A stretch of DNA of 64,000 bases, taken from the IMG/VR virus record IMGVR_UViG_3300044645_002359, positions 62,001 to 126,000 of that record, one strand, 5' to 3'. Position numbers and translations under genes: made by a program. Positions 41,674 to 52,680 of the stretch are shown piece after piece. The number at the start of each line of letters is the position of its first letter. Positions within the stretch are counted from its first letter, which is position 1. The notes below the pieces were generated by a model. It did not search any database. It was not told where the DNA came from and was given only the letters and a program-made list of their open reading frames with translations.

Positions 41674-44600
41674 CCATTCGGTTACCCGCCCTTTACAACC
41701 ATCTGGTGACTGCTACAATAGGAACATGACTGACAAAACCCCGCTACAACAACTTGCCGAATGGCAAGAGCTTTCTAATTTCTTTCATTCAACACATAGG
41801 AAAGAGCTTATTTGCCCCGAAAACACACTAACACTTGTTGTTGATTCTTACGAAGATGTTTTAATGGGTAATTGCATTTTGGGGGCCAAGTGTAAAATCA
41901 ATGGCGAAGAGATTGTAAAAGAAGAGACTTTCTGCGTTTGGGACGATCACGATGGAACCCTTGCGATCAAAACTGTAGAAAAGATGATGGCTAGCCTTGC
42001 AAACCGTATCACTCAAGGCCTGGTAGAGGAAACTTGTCGTGTCTTACTAACTCAACCCAATTACGATGGCCTTGGGCAAATGGTTAAAGACGGGCTTATC
42101 TCAAGAGCAAGGCAATGATTGAAACATTTCTTTTTCTCATGGTATACACGGGCATTGTCGGTGCCACTGGGTTCTTAATAGGAAGGGTAATCTACCGAAA
42201 TGAAAAGCAACTCCGAAAGATTGAGACCCGGATCAAGACACGCCCAGACACAGGTTTTGCAAAAGACGCTGAGAATATTCGCAGAGACTGGGATAGAGTT
42301 CTAGGAGTTGTATCACAGAAGAAACCATGAGCAAACGACCTGAATACATCCGCTGCATACAGCACACTGACACGACCTTTTCAAAGCAGTCATGGTGCGG
42401 TTGCCCCTTGAGCAATTTTGACCTCCCTTTCGTAGACATTGACCACGCTGCCTATACTGTTAGGAACGAATCCCGCCTTGTTCCCTGCCCAGACTGCATC
42501 AATGTAATTACTTCGCTGTTTATCCCGCAAGCGAAATGATTGAGAAGATTTGCCTCAAGTGCCGTGAGGTATCTTACGGTCCCGAAAACAGAACGTGCTG
42601 TGGCGAATTGGTTCCGTTCGACTCTTGCGAGCACGGGAAACTTCTAGTCTCCGGAGCAAACGGTTGGAACATGGTTTACCGACACTGGGTCAACCATCCC
42701 ATTTTTGAAGCTGTTAGCCAAGACATGCTCAGAGGCAATAGCGCAAGTGCCCCAGGCCACCTGAATGAGTTTATTCGGCGCCTCCTGGATGACAAAGAAG
42801 CATTACTGGAGCCGAGACCTATCAAGACAGAGGGGTTGCCGTACCCTGAAGATTGCCATCCAAAGGGAGGCTGGGCTTGGTTTTCTACTGACCGGGACGA
42901 TTGGACACAGGACAAACCTCCGGAAGATTTTCTCTTGAAAAAAGTTGGTATGTTGACCGCACTGACCCTGACACAGGGAAGTTCATATACAGCCATTGGC
43001 TCCCTTACTGGGCTATTCCATCAACCGAACTTTCTTGAACATGAGCAAAAGTTGCGGATCCTGCGTCTACTACACCAAGTGGAAAAAGATTCCCTTGTCA
43101 AAATAAACGGCGGCAAAGGTGGAGAGCTAGCTTCCGGGCTATGCGAGTTTCTAGATGGTCGAACCAAGCCAGATTGGGGCCACACTTGTCCCATTGGACC
43201 GGCAAACGCTACGACCGGAACTTGCAAAAACAACTAATATCAAAAGAGTTAAACAATGACGACCAAAATTGACGAAATCTCAAATCGCCCAGACCATAGA
43301 CTTAATTGGATTGCCGAGTTAGGGCGGGACCAAATTCAATTGGACGGGTCATTCACAAGAGGACAACTTTTAGAGCTGGCCCTTGCTATGGGTGGCCAAA
43401 GTTTGGACCCTGGGACCCATAGCATCTCCTACTCTGTAGACCCTACTCAATTCGAACCCTTAGGTGGACCCCTCGTGGTTTACACCGAAGAAATGGCTGC
43501 AGAAGACGATGAGTTACTGGCAAATGTACCTACCCCTCTAAGCACATCAACGGGTGGTCATTTAACCAGGGCACATGTCGATGACTTCCTATCAGAGCAC
43601 CCAACCCGCGAAGATGCCCTGAAGCTCCTACAGGAAATGGGGCAAGTTGATGAACAATGACCCAGACAATGTCTGAAGCACCTACCCCCATTTCCCTGGC
43701 CGACCGTTTGCCTAGTGACCAAGACTGTGACATTGTTGAATGCTCTGCTTGGAAGATGAGACTCTGCTGGCTAGGAAAACCGCTTTATCATGCCGGAAAC
43801 AAACTATGGATCTGGGAGTGGGCGATTGCTCCAGAGACCATGAAACTAGCGCCCTGGCCCCATACTCATTGGCTTCCTGCCGATACCGAAACCTTACCTG
43901 CCCGCAATGACTGACGCAGAAAAAGCCTTAAAATTATTCCAATTGCTCGAAGCAACAGACCCTGACATAGATTGGACAGCCGTACCTGAACTAACCCCAG
44001 AGCAAACGCGACTTGTGACAGTATTAATCGAACAACAAGTTTTAGAGGCTATGGACGAAGGGATGGCCCTTGCGGTAGAAATGATCCGTTTGAGCCCTCC
44101 ACATCTTACCAAAGATGAAATTGCTAACCTAATTGTTAGTAGTATGCACGACCCCAAATGATTGAAGCTGAACCTCGCGAAACGCCAATGCCCGAAGCGT
44201 ACACAAAAGAAGAAATGCGCCAGATGTTTCTGGATCAACTGCAATCGATAGCGTCCTATTGGTCTCAGCTAGGGGGCGTAACCCCGAGAGAAATGTGTGA
44301 CGGTGTCGTATTTTGCGTCTTAAGTGTCTTCGATGGCTGCTCTGGTGGATTCCCTGCTGCCATTGATCTTGCTTTGGCTCCACACCCCGAAGACAAAGAG
44401 TATTACACCTCAAATGGTGAAAACTGGGTAGAACCAGGCCAAGTGATTAACGACGATGTTATGCTACATGATCTATTTTACAATCCTTAAAGAAAATGAA
44501 CGAATCAGCCCCCAAACCAAGTGACCTATCTCCTGCCGCACAGGCGGTGATGAACGCCTACTACATGACACTTGATCACGAGGGACCCAGGGTTTATGAC

Positions 44601-45465
44601 ACGCTCCTGATTGCCGCCGCCATCAGCGCTGTGGCAGATCTGGTGGTCCCCCCTGCTGTGATGCTTGAGTATTACGAGCGCAATGAAAGCCCTGTGTTAG
44701 GGAAGGCGATTGAGATTAGAAGCAAACTCCTTGCCATTGTCACCGAGTTGGAGGGCCGCAATGGCTGAGAGAAACTTCCCAATTCAAGTCGTCGGCGTTG
44801 AATACATATGTGACAAGTGCGGGATCGGGACCATGGAGCCCCGCCCTGATGTGGCAATCAGATGGTCAGAAAACCCCGCGAAGTACCCGCATAGTTGCAC
44901 CCATTGTGGCGCGACCGCAGCACTTACCGAGAGATACCCCACTGTGCGCCATTTGCGCGTTGAAACAGGGGAATCAAATGACTGACAAACAGCTCTACGC
45001 CCTTTGTGGCACGATCAGCATGGTAGGGTCGTTCATAGCAAACTCCCATATCCTTGGCTTAATGGCGGTTGTCTGGTTCGTTTGGGCGCGTCTCGAAAAA
45101 GAGGATCCCCGACTTAAGTAATCTACCCCCTCCGTTAACCCACAATGACTGATCTATCCCCTGCCGCCCAAAACCTAGTAATGGCACTATGTCAACGTCG
45201 GTACCCTGCTTCCACAGGCCCTTGCGTGAAACCGTGCGAAGAGTGCCGGGAAGACGTTGCGTTTCTTCTTCGTGCCTTTGTGGAACAGGAGTTCCCCCAG
45301 GAAGCTCTCAGTCCAACTCAGGGTAGCGCTAAGGGTCTTCCCTCCAACGATGAATTCGCCCTAGAGACTTTAACTGAAGCAGCCGAAATCTTTAAACGTC
45401 ATTGGCGTCAGCATACCCGTCGCAAACTCATAGGCATCGCAACAGAACTTGACTCTGACATCTAA
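39673..45465 (+). repeat. Paralog family B (LSPAAQAV...A.LR.VAD.V...AIA.EL)
   Basis: 39673, 39935, 40485, 44496, 45145. Confidence 0.82.
41679..41728 (+). promoter_or_regulatory. Short variant of operator-promoter
   Basis: CGGTTACCCG-ccc-TTTACA-16-TACAAT-6-ATG(41726). Confidence 0.7.
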
Positions 45466-45969
45466 CTACACCCCCACCCTTCTCACCCCAAAACTCACAA
45501 TGACAGAACTTACAAAAGCAGACACTTTTCAACAGCGAATGTTTGAACGCATCCGTGAATCAATGGGAGAACTTCTCTCAGAAGACGACTTGAAAGAACT
45601 CCTAGAAAGAACCATTGAAAAGTCATTTTTCGAAGAACGAATTGTTCCCTCTTCGAGTCATTATTATGATCGCGATAAAAAGAAACCATCCCTATTCCAA
45701 GAACTTGTAACCGAACAAGTGCAGCCCATGATGGAAAAAGCGATCACTGCTTGGCTTCAGGATAATTCCGAGCAGGTAACCACTACAATCGATGCTGTAC
45801 TGAAAGATGGGTTACTAGGGGCGCTATCAAAAGCCATCGAGTACAAAATGCAAACCCCCATCTTAAGTCTCAGGCAAGAAATTTCAAACAAACTCCTTTC
45901 TTGACCTCGACTTCGGCCTTGACCCTGACCCTATAATTACCCTGCACAACATAGAAGCCGGTCAAGCCA

Positions 45970-45998
45970 TTGACTTTGGCTGGATCTTTCCCTATAAT
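45970..45998 (+). promoter_or_regulatory. Near-consensus sigma70 promoter
   Basis: TTGACT-17-TATAAT in intergenic DNA. Confidence 0.75.
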
Positions 45999-48356
45999 AC
46001 TTTCGGTAACTGCAACCGGAATAATTCCAATTCTAATCAGCTAATCCCACCATAAACATCCCACCATAAACACCCAACAAGCATGGACACCCTACACATT
46101 TACGGCCAAGACGCTTGGCATGATACTGCCTACATCGTCGGTGACCGCCAGTCTCTGGCTGCATTACTCGACTGTTTGGCCGAAGCATTATATTCCGGAG
46201 AAGCAACAAAATTCAACTCATTTACAAACGACGGCGAAGGTTACACCATTGAGGTGATCCCCCTAGATGAACCACGGATGGAAACGATGCGGTTGCCCTA
46301 CCATGGGGACATTGCCATTGATAATAACCCCGAGAGGATCTGGCCCCACGTTTTAGTTGCGGCTAACGGGGTAGTGGGCGAAAGAATTACAAAAAGGGAA
46401 CAGCTGGTGCCCGAACAACAAGTACCCGAAAAGCCCGAATTCCTGGAAGTTTTCGCCAAAGTCAGATATTGGGAAGATGCCCATGTTTACGGTGACAGGG
46501 ACATTGATGGTACAATGATTCCTTTCAGAAATGGGGACTTATGGGTCCCTACAATCCGACTCAGCGATGGTAAAGTCATGGATTGGCCTGAAGGGATGAC
46601 TGCACGGGTGTATTACAAAGTTTGTGACGAAGGCGAATACTGGTTGCGTAATACCACCCGTAGACTATTTAAGTATAAGGACTATTACGTTCCCGATTCG
46701 TATCTTTGCCACGGGGACGAAGGATTCGGGGATTACATCATTCTGAATATTGGCCCCGATGGAATAATCAAAGATTGGCAAGAGCCACGGTTCGACCCGG
46801 AGAGTTGGGATCTGGTGGTTCCTGATTAGGGCTCGCAAATTGTTACACCATGCTATACCATTGGCAACTCCTCAGCCAACAATGCCATCTCCCATACCAA
46901 AATGTCCCAACTACCTGAAAACCATAAAGAAGACATCAAACAATTCAAAAAACAAGTTGCCAACCACCAACTAACCATAATCAAAGACGAAGGCACCCAC
47001 CGTCACCTACGCTTTAAGAATCCAACCACCACCAACCAGTATTTTGACATTGTCACATGGCCAGGTACCCTGTGCTATAATGGTGATATGGGCACGTATG
47101 TGTTTAGTCGCATAACGGATATGTTTGAGTTTTTTCGTGGGGGCCACGATAGATACCAAATCAGCTACAGCTACTGGGCAGAAAAGATCCAAGCCGTCGA
47201 TAAGCGGACGGGCATTTCTAAATTTAGTCCCAGAATCTTCAAAGAAAACGTCAAGGATCGTTTCGATAGTTGGGTCGAAAGCTTGAGAGATGGTGACTAT
47301 AATAGCTCCGAAAAAAAGGAACTAATTACCAATGTCTGGCAGCAAGTCGAAGATGAAATTCTACATTATGCCGACGACAATGAATATGCTGCCCAGCAAG
47401 CTGCCTATGATTTTTCCCATAGTGCCTATCCTAACTTGTTCCAGGACTTTTATGAGTACGACTGCACGGAATACACCTACCAATTCACATGGTGCTGCTG
47501 GGCCCTGAGGTGGGGTATCGCTTTGTATGACGACGCCAAGGGGTTCACCAATGGTTAAGAACTGCAAGGTAACAACAAAACTTGTTTTAAACACCCCCTA
47601 CAAAGCCCGTATAGTCGCGTATGACAACGAAACTGGGCGTCAGGTAGCCGTAATCACTGCGGATGCTGCTGAACCCGAGGACATCACACCGTTCATGACC
47701 GAATGGTTTTTCAAGGTTTCAGTACCGATTGAGGGTATGAATGGGTGGACCATCGAATGCAACAACTGGATGGCAATAGAAGCAATTGTAACTAGGGAAT
47801 GTTCTGTCCTTGGGAAGTTACAAAATCGCTTAGTTACCCTACCAATCGCATACCTTAGGGGGAACCTCCTTTAAATTTAAACTACAGCAGTACCATGACA
47901 CACGAAAGCACCCAACTCCAATCAGACGGCTACCATACTTTTGCCGAACTCTACGAGCACCGGCACGCTTTGTTTTTGGCACTGATGCGTTTCAACCCCG
48001 AAAGAAGCTGGGTCAGCCTGAGACACCACGACGGGGAGATTCCCTTTGGTGACCCAAACTGGTTTATTGCAGGGATGGGCTTAGGGGTCTTAGATTCCCG
48101 TGGATCCGAAGTCATGATAACCTATCACTTGCCTATAGAGTTATGGCCCCATGCAATGGCTACTGGCGCCCACATCCTTGAAAACGGCAAAGAGTGGGAC
48201 GGTCATACCCCGCAAGATGTTGTTGATCGGTTGTTGGCATGGGTAACCATCTAATGGCAGCACTCGAAAATTTCGGGAGGGGGGCGAAGCCCCCGACCAG
48301 GGACGGGCGCCGCAGGCGATACCCGGCCCACACCACCCTCTACAACCTACCCACAA

Positions 48357-48887
48357 ATGACCTTCCTCCTACTAGTCCCAGTCCTTTTAACTACTTTAGC
48401 ATTCTACATTAGTGGAAAAACCCGAAAAGCCCCTGAAGTCGAACATAAAGGAGACACTTTCGGGAAGCCTGAACCCTCAGCCCTATACCAAGGTTTCAAA
48501 GGTCCTATAGACCCTATACTCCTTAGTCGTATTCGAAACTCTTACGGTGAAGCTACTGCTATTCTGGTCAATAAGCACTATGAAAACAATCGGAGGGACC
48601 AAACATCCAAAAAGTCACAAACACTAAGAAGCAATCGTACAAATATTCCCAACATAAGGGGAGGGGATAATTACACATTCCTATATGACTTGGACTCAGC
48701 ATTAGCCGCAGGTTACGATCTTAACTCTAACCCCCTTAGTCATTCTGATACCGGATCTAGCCACGGCCATAGTTGCCATGACTCCAGTCACAGCCATAGC
48801 AGCCATGACTATGGAAGCAGCCATGACTACGGGGGCCATGATTGCGGTGGTCACGACTTTGGCGGCTTTGATTGTGGTAGTGATTAA
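48357..48887 (+). CDS. Membrane-anchored protein with His/Asp/Gly/Cys-rich tail
   Basis: N-terminal TM; SHDYGSSHDYGGHDCGGHDFGG. Confidence 0.65.
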   Translation: MTFLLLVPVLLTTLAFYISGKTRKAPEVEHKGDTFGKPEPSALYQGFKGPIDPILLSRIRNSYGEATAILVNKHYENNRRDQTSKKSQTLRSNRTNIPNIRGGDNYTFLYDLDSALAAGYDLNSNPLSHSDTGSSHGHSCHDSSHSHSSHDYGSSHDYGGHDCGGHDFGGFDCGSD

Positions 48888-48912
48888 GGCTGTGATTGAT
48901 TAAACCCAAGGA

Positions 48913-48989
48913 CGGTTAACCGAACGGAAGCCTTCGGCTTCCCACCCTTGTTTTCGACCAGCGAAAACGGTATGATTAGCGTATAAATG
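48913..48989 (+). promoter_or_regulatory. Operator-promoter module copy 7
   Basis: CGGTTAACCG; TTGTTT-17-TATGAT; ATG 10 nt after -10. Confidence 0.85.
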
Positions 48990-50069
48990 AAACCTATGAA
49001 ACTCACAAAAGCAACGATTCTTGCACTCACGGTTGCGATGCTACTAACGGCATCACCCACTTTTGCTGCATCTGCCGGTCGTATCGGCGGTAGTAACTTC
49101 CGCAGCCGCTCAAGCTCCCCGAGTTATAGTCGTCCTAGCTCCCCGAGCTACAGCCGTCGTGGTTCTTCCCCGAGCTATAGCAGCCCTAGATCCCCAAGTA
49201 TCAGTAGCCCCAGCCATAGTTACTCGGCACCGAGAACATACACTCCTTTGCCTGTTCTCAGGCCCCCCTACAACCCCCCAAGTCGTTCAAGCACTAACAT
49301 CATCGTCATGCCTGACTTGACTCCAAATGTTGTACCGGCTATCCCATACTCCTTGCCTTCTCGGGTGACTACAGTTAGCCAACAGCCTGCCAACCCTATA
49401 GTTCTTTTGGCTCTGCTTACTTCAGTGGGTGTGGTAATTATTGCCGTCATTCTCTTGTTAGGGGGTTGGGAAGATTTTGTAAGCCCGTGGTTAAGCACCC
49501 AAAAGGAAAAGTATAAGAAACTCACGGTAGTGCGCCAAAGGGTAGCTCTACTCGCTTCTGCTAAAGACATTCAATCTGACCTAATTCGGATGGCCGAACA
49601 AGGGGATACCAACAGTCCGAATGGCCTTGCCAAGATCCTCCAAGAAACAACCCTTGCTCTTCTCAGGCACCCTGATAAGGTAGTCTACGCATGGAGTGAT
49701 AAAAATAGGGAGTCCCTTGACAATGCGGAAGATCTATTTAACCAGTTCTCTATGGAAGAGCGTTCCCGAGCGTCTGAAGAAACTTTAACGAACGTGAACG
49801 GTCGTGTCTTCGAGAGCAAAGTAAAGTCCCGCAAGAAAACTCAGGAGAACGAATACATCCTTGTAAACGTTCTGGTGGTTACCTATGAGAACCTGGACCT
49901 TAAACCGTCAGATTCGCAAGAGAACTTAAAGTCAAATCTGGTGGTCCTGGGATCAATTTCTGCTGAGGACTTGGTCGCCCTTGAGATTATCTGGCAACCA
50001 GAAGATGAGTATGACGTTCTCTCGAAAGAGGAACTCTTGACCTTGTACCCCGACTTGAACATCTTGTGA
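48987..50069 (+). CDS. DUF1517 (FLAP1-like) membrane protein
   Basis: Signal, GRIGG..F, TM, LQETTLALLRHP, EYILV, LEIIWQP..D.LS.EELLTLYPDL. Confidence 0.9.
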   Translation: MKPMKLTKATILALTVAMLLTASPTFAASAGRIGGSNFRSRSSSPSYSRPSSPSYSRRGSSPSYSSPRSPSISSPSHSYSAPRTYTPLPVLRPPYNPPSRSSTNIIVMPDLTPNVVPAIPYSLPSRVTTVSQQPANPIVLLALLTSVGVVIIAVILLLGGWEDFVSPWLSTQKEKYKKLTVVRQRVALLASAKDIQSDLIRMAEQGDTNSPNGLAKILQETTLALLRHPDKVVYAWSDKNRESLDNAEDLFNQFSMEERSRASEETLTNVNGRVFESKVKSRKKTQENEYILVNVLVVTYENLDLKPSDSQENLKSNLVVLGSISAEDLVALEIIWQPEDEYDVLSKEELLTLYPDLNIL

Positions 50070-50080
50070 GGGCCAAGGGG

Positions 50081-50152
50081 CGGTAAACCGCCCCACCCGG
50101 TTCGGTTCTCCACCTTGCTTTCGCCTGGAGAAAACGGTATAATAAAAGTATG
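50081..50152 (+). promoter_or_regulatory. Operator-promoter module copy 8
   Basis: CGGTAAACCG; TTGCTT-17-TATAAT-6-ATG(50150). Confidence 0.88.
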
Positions 50153-50311
50153 GAAAAGACAACTCCCACTGACTTTCGCGCTCTGTGCGCTGAGCTTGCT
50201 TCCCAATTGCAAGGCAGAAAAGATGACGAATACGGCTGGCCTGGAGAGGATCCGGAGCAGGATCTTCTCGATCGCGCCTGGGCCGCCTTGAAAGAGACTG
50301 AGACAAAATAG
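50150..50311 (+). CDS. 53-aa protein (TDFRALCAEL...LLDRA.AAL), not in ORF track
   Basis: Leaderless start from promoter; cyanophage-type motif. Confidence 0.72.
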   Translation: MEKTTPTDFRALCAELASQLQGRKDDEYGWPGEDPEQDLLDRAWAALKETETK

Positions 50312-50319
50312 GAGACAAT

Positions 50320-50955
50320 ATGCAAATTAGATTCATCGGCGATGTACATTGTAAATGGGGACCCTACAAAAAGCTGATTAAGGGTTGTGAACGCTCTCTC
50401 CAAGTGGGAGATTTCGGTGTGGGTTTTATCAACTCCGTGACCCAAAAGCCTTACAGCAATCCCCCTTACGACCACATGGTTAAGGGAGAACACTTCTTCA
50501 TTCGGGGTAACCACGACAATCCAAGTGCGTGTAAAAGGCACCCGTTCTGGGTAAAAGATGGTGGTTCAGTATTCGGCCGCGATGACATCTTTTGTGTTGG
50601 TGGAGCCTTCTCGATTGACAAAGATCGACGGACCGAAAACTACGATTGGTGGCATGATGAGGAATTGTCCTACGGGCAATTATGCAATATCATGGATGCC
50701 TACGAGCTGGTAAAGCCGAAAATTGTAGTCACTCACGAGTGTCCAGACTCGGTGATTTCCCGAGTTTGCCAGGCAAGGGGCATGCACAAGTATGATATCC
50801 CGTCTGTGACTCGAAGATGTTTCGACAATATGCTCGAAATTCACAAACCGGATCTCTGGATCCATGGCCACTGGCATCTAAGTGCGCATACAGTTCACCA
50901 GGGAGTAGAATTTATAGCTCTGGGTGAACTTGATCACGTAGACCTTGACGTTTGA
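50320..50955 (+). CDS. Metallophosphoesterase
   Basis: GDVH, GDFG, GNHD, THECP, HGHWH. Confidence 0.9.
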   Translation: MQIRFIGDVHCKWGPYKKLIKGCERSLQVGDFGVGFINSVTQKPYSNPPYDHMVKGEHFFIRGNHDNPSACKRHPFWVKDGGSVFGRDDIFCVGGAFSIDKDRRTENYDWWHDEELSYGQLCNIMDAYELVKPKIVVTHECPDSVISRVCQARGMHKYDIPSVTRRCFDNMLEIHKPDLWIHGHWHLSAHTVHQGVEFIALGELDHVDLDV

Positions 50956-50975
50956 GGGGTTTACCCCCTCTTTTT
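50954..50975 (+). terminator. Intrinsic terminator
   Basis: GAGGGG-TTTAC-CCCCTC-TTTTT. Confidence 0.7.
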
Positions 50976-51490
50976 ATTACTTGGTCTAAATGAGTTACCC
51001 CGAAATCCTCCATCTCCAAAACTGCCCTCACTGCGGCACCAATCTTGTATCAGCAGAATTGATGATCCCTGAGACTTGCGAACCGGGTGCCTTCCACTCA
51101 CGTCTACTCGGCATTCTTAATGACGGCGTAGTAACCGGTTGGAAATGCCCTAACTGTGACCACACTCTTCCTTAGCCGTGAGGCGCTTACCGTCCGGGGT
51201 ATCAGCTAAACTGGCTGTAGCGTCTCACTCCTAACAATTGACCCCTTCTACCATGGTATGGGTGACATTAATCGCTGTCTTCACTTATGCTGCTTCGCGA
51301 GACCCTAATGTTATCCCATATCTTTTTCTACTCTCTGAGTGGCTGAGTTCTTCACTCTCGGGTATCAAGTATAGTTTGACTTTAAACTCAGATCACTTCT
51401 GGGTAAAGTGGAAAATTAGCAAAAACGCAGACGAAAACGCCCGCAAACTCCCAAAAGAACTCGGTTTAGACAAAAACAAGGACTGGTACG

Positions 51491-52060
51491 ATGACAACAG
51501 TAATTAATCTTTTTGGTGGCTCAGGTTGTGGAAAGTCTACCACCGCCGCTCTGCTTTTTGCTCGAATGAAACTGACCGGGATTCACGTTGAACTCGTAAG
51601 AGAATACGTGAAGTACTGGGCTTGGAACGACCGTAAGGTTAGAGAGTGGGACCAACTTTACTTGCTTGGAAAACAGAGTGCATACGAAAGCATGCTCTAC
51701 GGTAAAGTGGATTACATTGTAACCGATAGCCCAATCTTGCTAGCAGGTATATACCAAGAGTTTCGCTCCAGTGGCAAAGACTCCTACGTAAGCAACGCTG
51801 CTCAAGCTTTCATGGCCCACGCAGAAGAACAAGGTGTGACTTACAAGAACTTTTTCCTGAAGCGCAACAAGCCCTTCGATCCCCGTGGCAGATATGAAAC
51901 AGAAGATCAAGCGAGAGAGGTTGACCGATTTGTATACGATTATCTGTGCAAATACAGCGGGTTTAAGCCGATTGAAATCTCTGGTCCCGACGAGCACAGA
52001 GACGCGGAAATTCTGGGCTACCTTGGCGACATGAACTTCAAGGAACCACCCTCACTGTGA
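51491..52060 (+). CDS. AAA_28 / NadR-like P-loop kinase
   Basis: INLFGGSGCGKST, EYVK, TDSPILL, GRYET. Confidence 0.8.
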   Translation: MTTVINLFGGSGCGKSTTAALLFARMKLTGIHVELVREYVKYWAWNDRKVREWDQLYLLGKQSAYESMLYGKVDYIVTDSPILLAGIYQEFRSSGKDSYVSNAAQAFMAHAEEQGVTYKNFFLKRNKPFDPRGRYETEDQAREVDRFVYDYLCKYSGFKPIEISGPDEHRDAEILGYLGDMNFKEPPSL

Positions 52061-52079
52061 ATTCCACTTAAGGAGAGTT

Positions 52080-52151
52080 CGGTAAACCGCCCTAACCATT
52101 CGGCTTACCCTCCTTGTGCTTACTCCGCAGAAGCGGTATCATATCATTATG
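52080..52151 (+). promoter_or_regulatory. Operator-promoter module copy 9
   Basis: CGGTAAACCG; TTGTGC-17-TATCAT-6-ATG(52149). Confidence 0.85.
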
Positions 52152-52415
52152 AGCTACAACCGAGACTGGACCGTACCACCGGGACACCTGATTGAAGAAC
52201 TCCGTCAAGAGCGAAGAATTTCTCTTCACGACTTCGCCGGAGAAACCGGCTTGACGGTCCCTGAAGTTCTAGAACTTGACTCAGGAGATCTCAAAATTGA
52301 CCCCCTGCTTGCTGAGCGCCTCGAGTACGTGTTCGGCATCCCGGAAAATTTCTGGCTAACTTTGCAAAGCAACTACGAAAAAGACCTTAAGAAAGGAAGA
52401 AAAGTTTATGATTGA
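52149..52415 (+). CDS. HigA-like HTH protein
   Basis: VPPG..I.E, A.RLE.VFG...FWL.LQ.NY. Confidence 0.8.
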   Translation: MSYNRDWTVPPGHLIEELRQERRISLHDFAGETGLTVPEVLELDSGDLKIDPLLAERLEYVFGIPENFWLTLQSNYEKDLKKGRKVYD

Positions 52416-52680
52416 GCTCTGCGTATCCGAAAACAAAAGCTTCGACCCGTTCCGATTTTGCATGAACAGGGTGAGGGTGTTCTTAGACAGAGATTACCGT
52501 TACGGTTTGTGGATTGACGAAGACAAGCTGTTTGACCTTCTGTCTGACGAGCAGAAAAAACAGTACCTAACCGACAGGTCTACTGAAGGAATGTACTACA
52601 AAGTCTCAAAAGAAATTGCCCAGAAGGTACTAGAACGAGGTCATACTCCGTACAGCAAGCAAAAACTCAATTGAAAACTT

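Larger units (their letters stand above)
37226..48254 (+). other. Hyperplastic array of about 30 small hypothetical genes (incl. untracked 38349-38507, 39507-39680; WDGH-motif 47895-48254)
   Basis: Dense, coupled plus-strand ORFs of about 50-250 aa. Confidence 0.65.

Noticed and set aside
38769-45465. Diversity-generating retroelement
   Set aside because: No reverse transcriptase in the window and no adenine-specific template/variable repeat pair seen
46044-46071. 14-bp tandem repeat ATCCCACCATAAAC x2
   Set aside because: A single duplication in an A/C-rich leader; no evidence of function
49108-49225. SSPSYS repeats as a separate repeat element
   Set aside because: Ordinary low-complexity linker of DUF1517 proteins
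6219-52151. Palindromic repeats as a CRISPR array or integron attC sites
   Set aside because: Dispersed with no regular spacers, no cas or integrase gene seen; explained by promoter geometry
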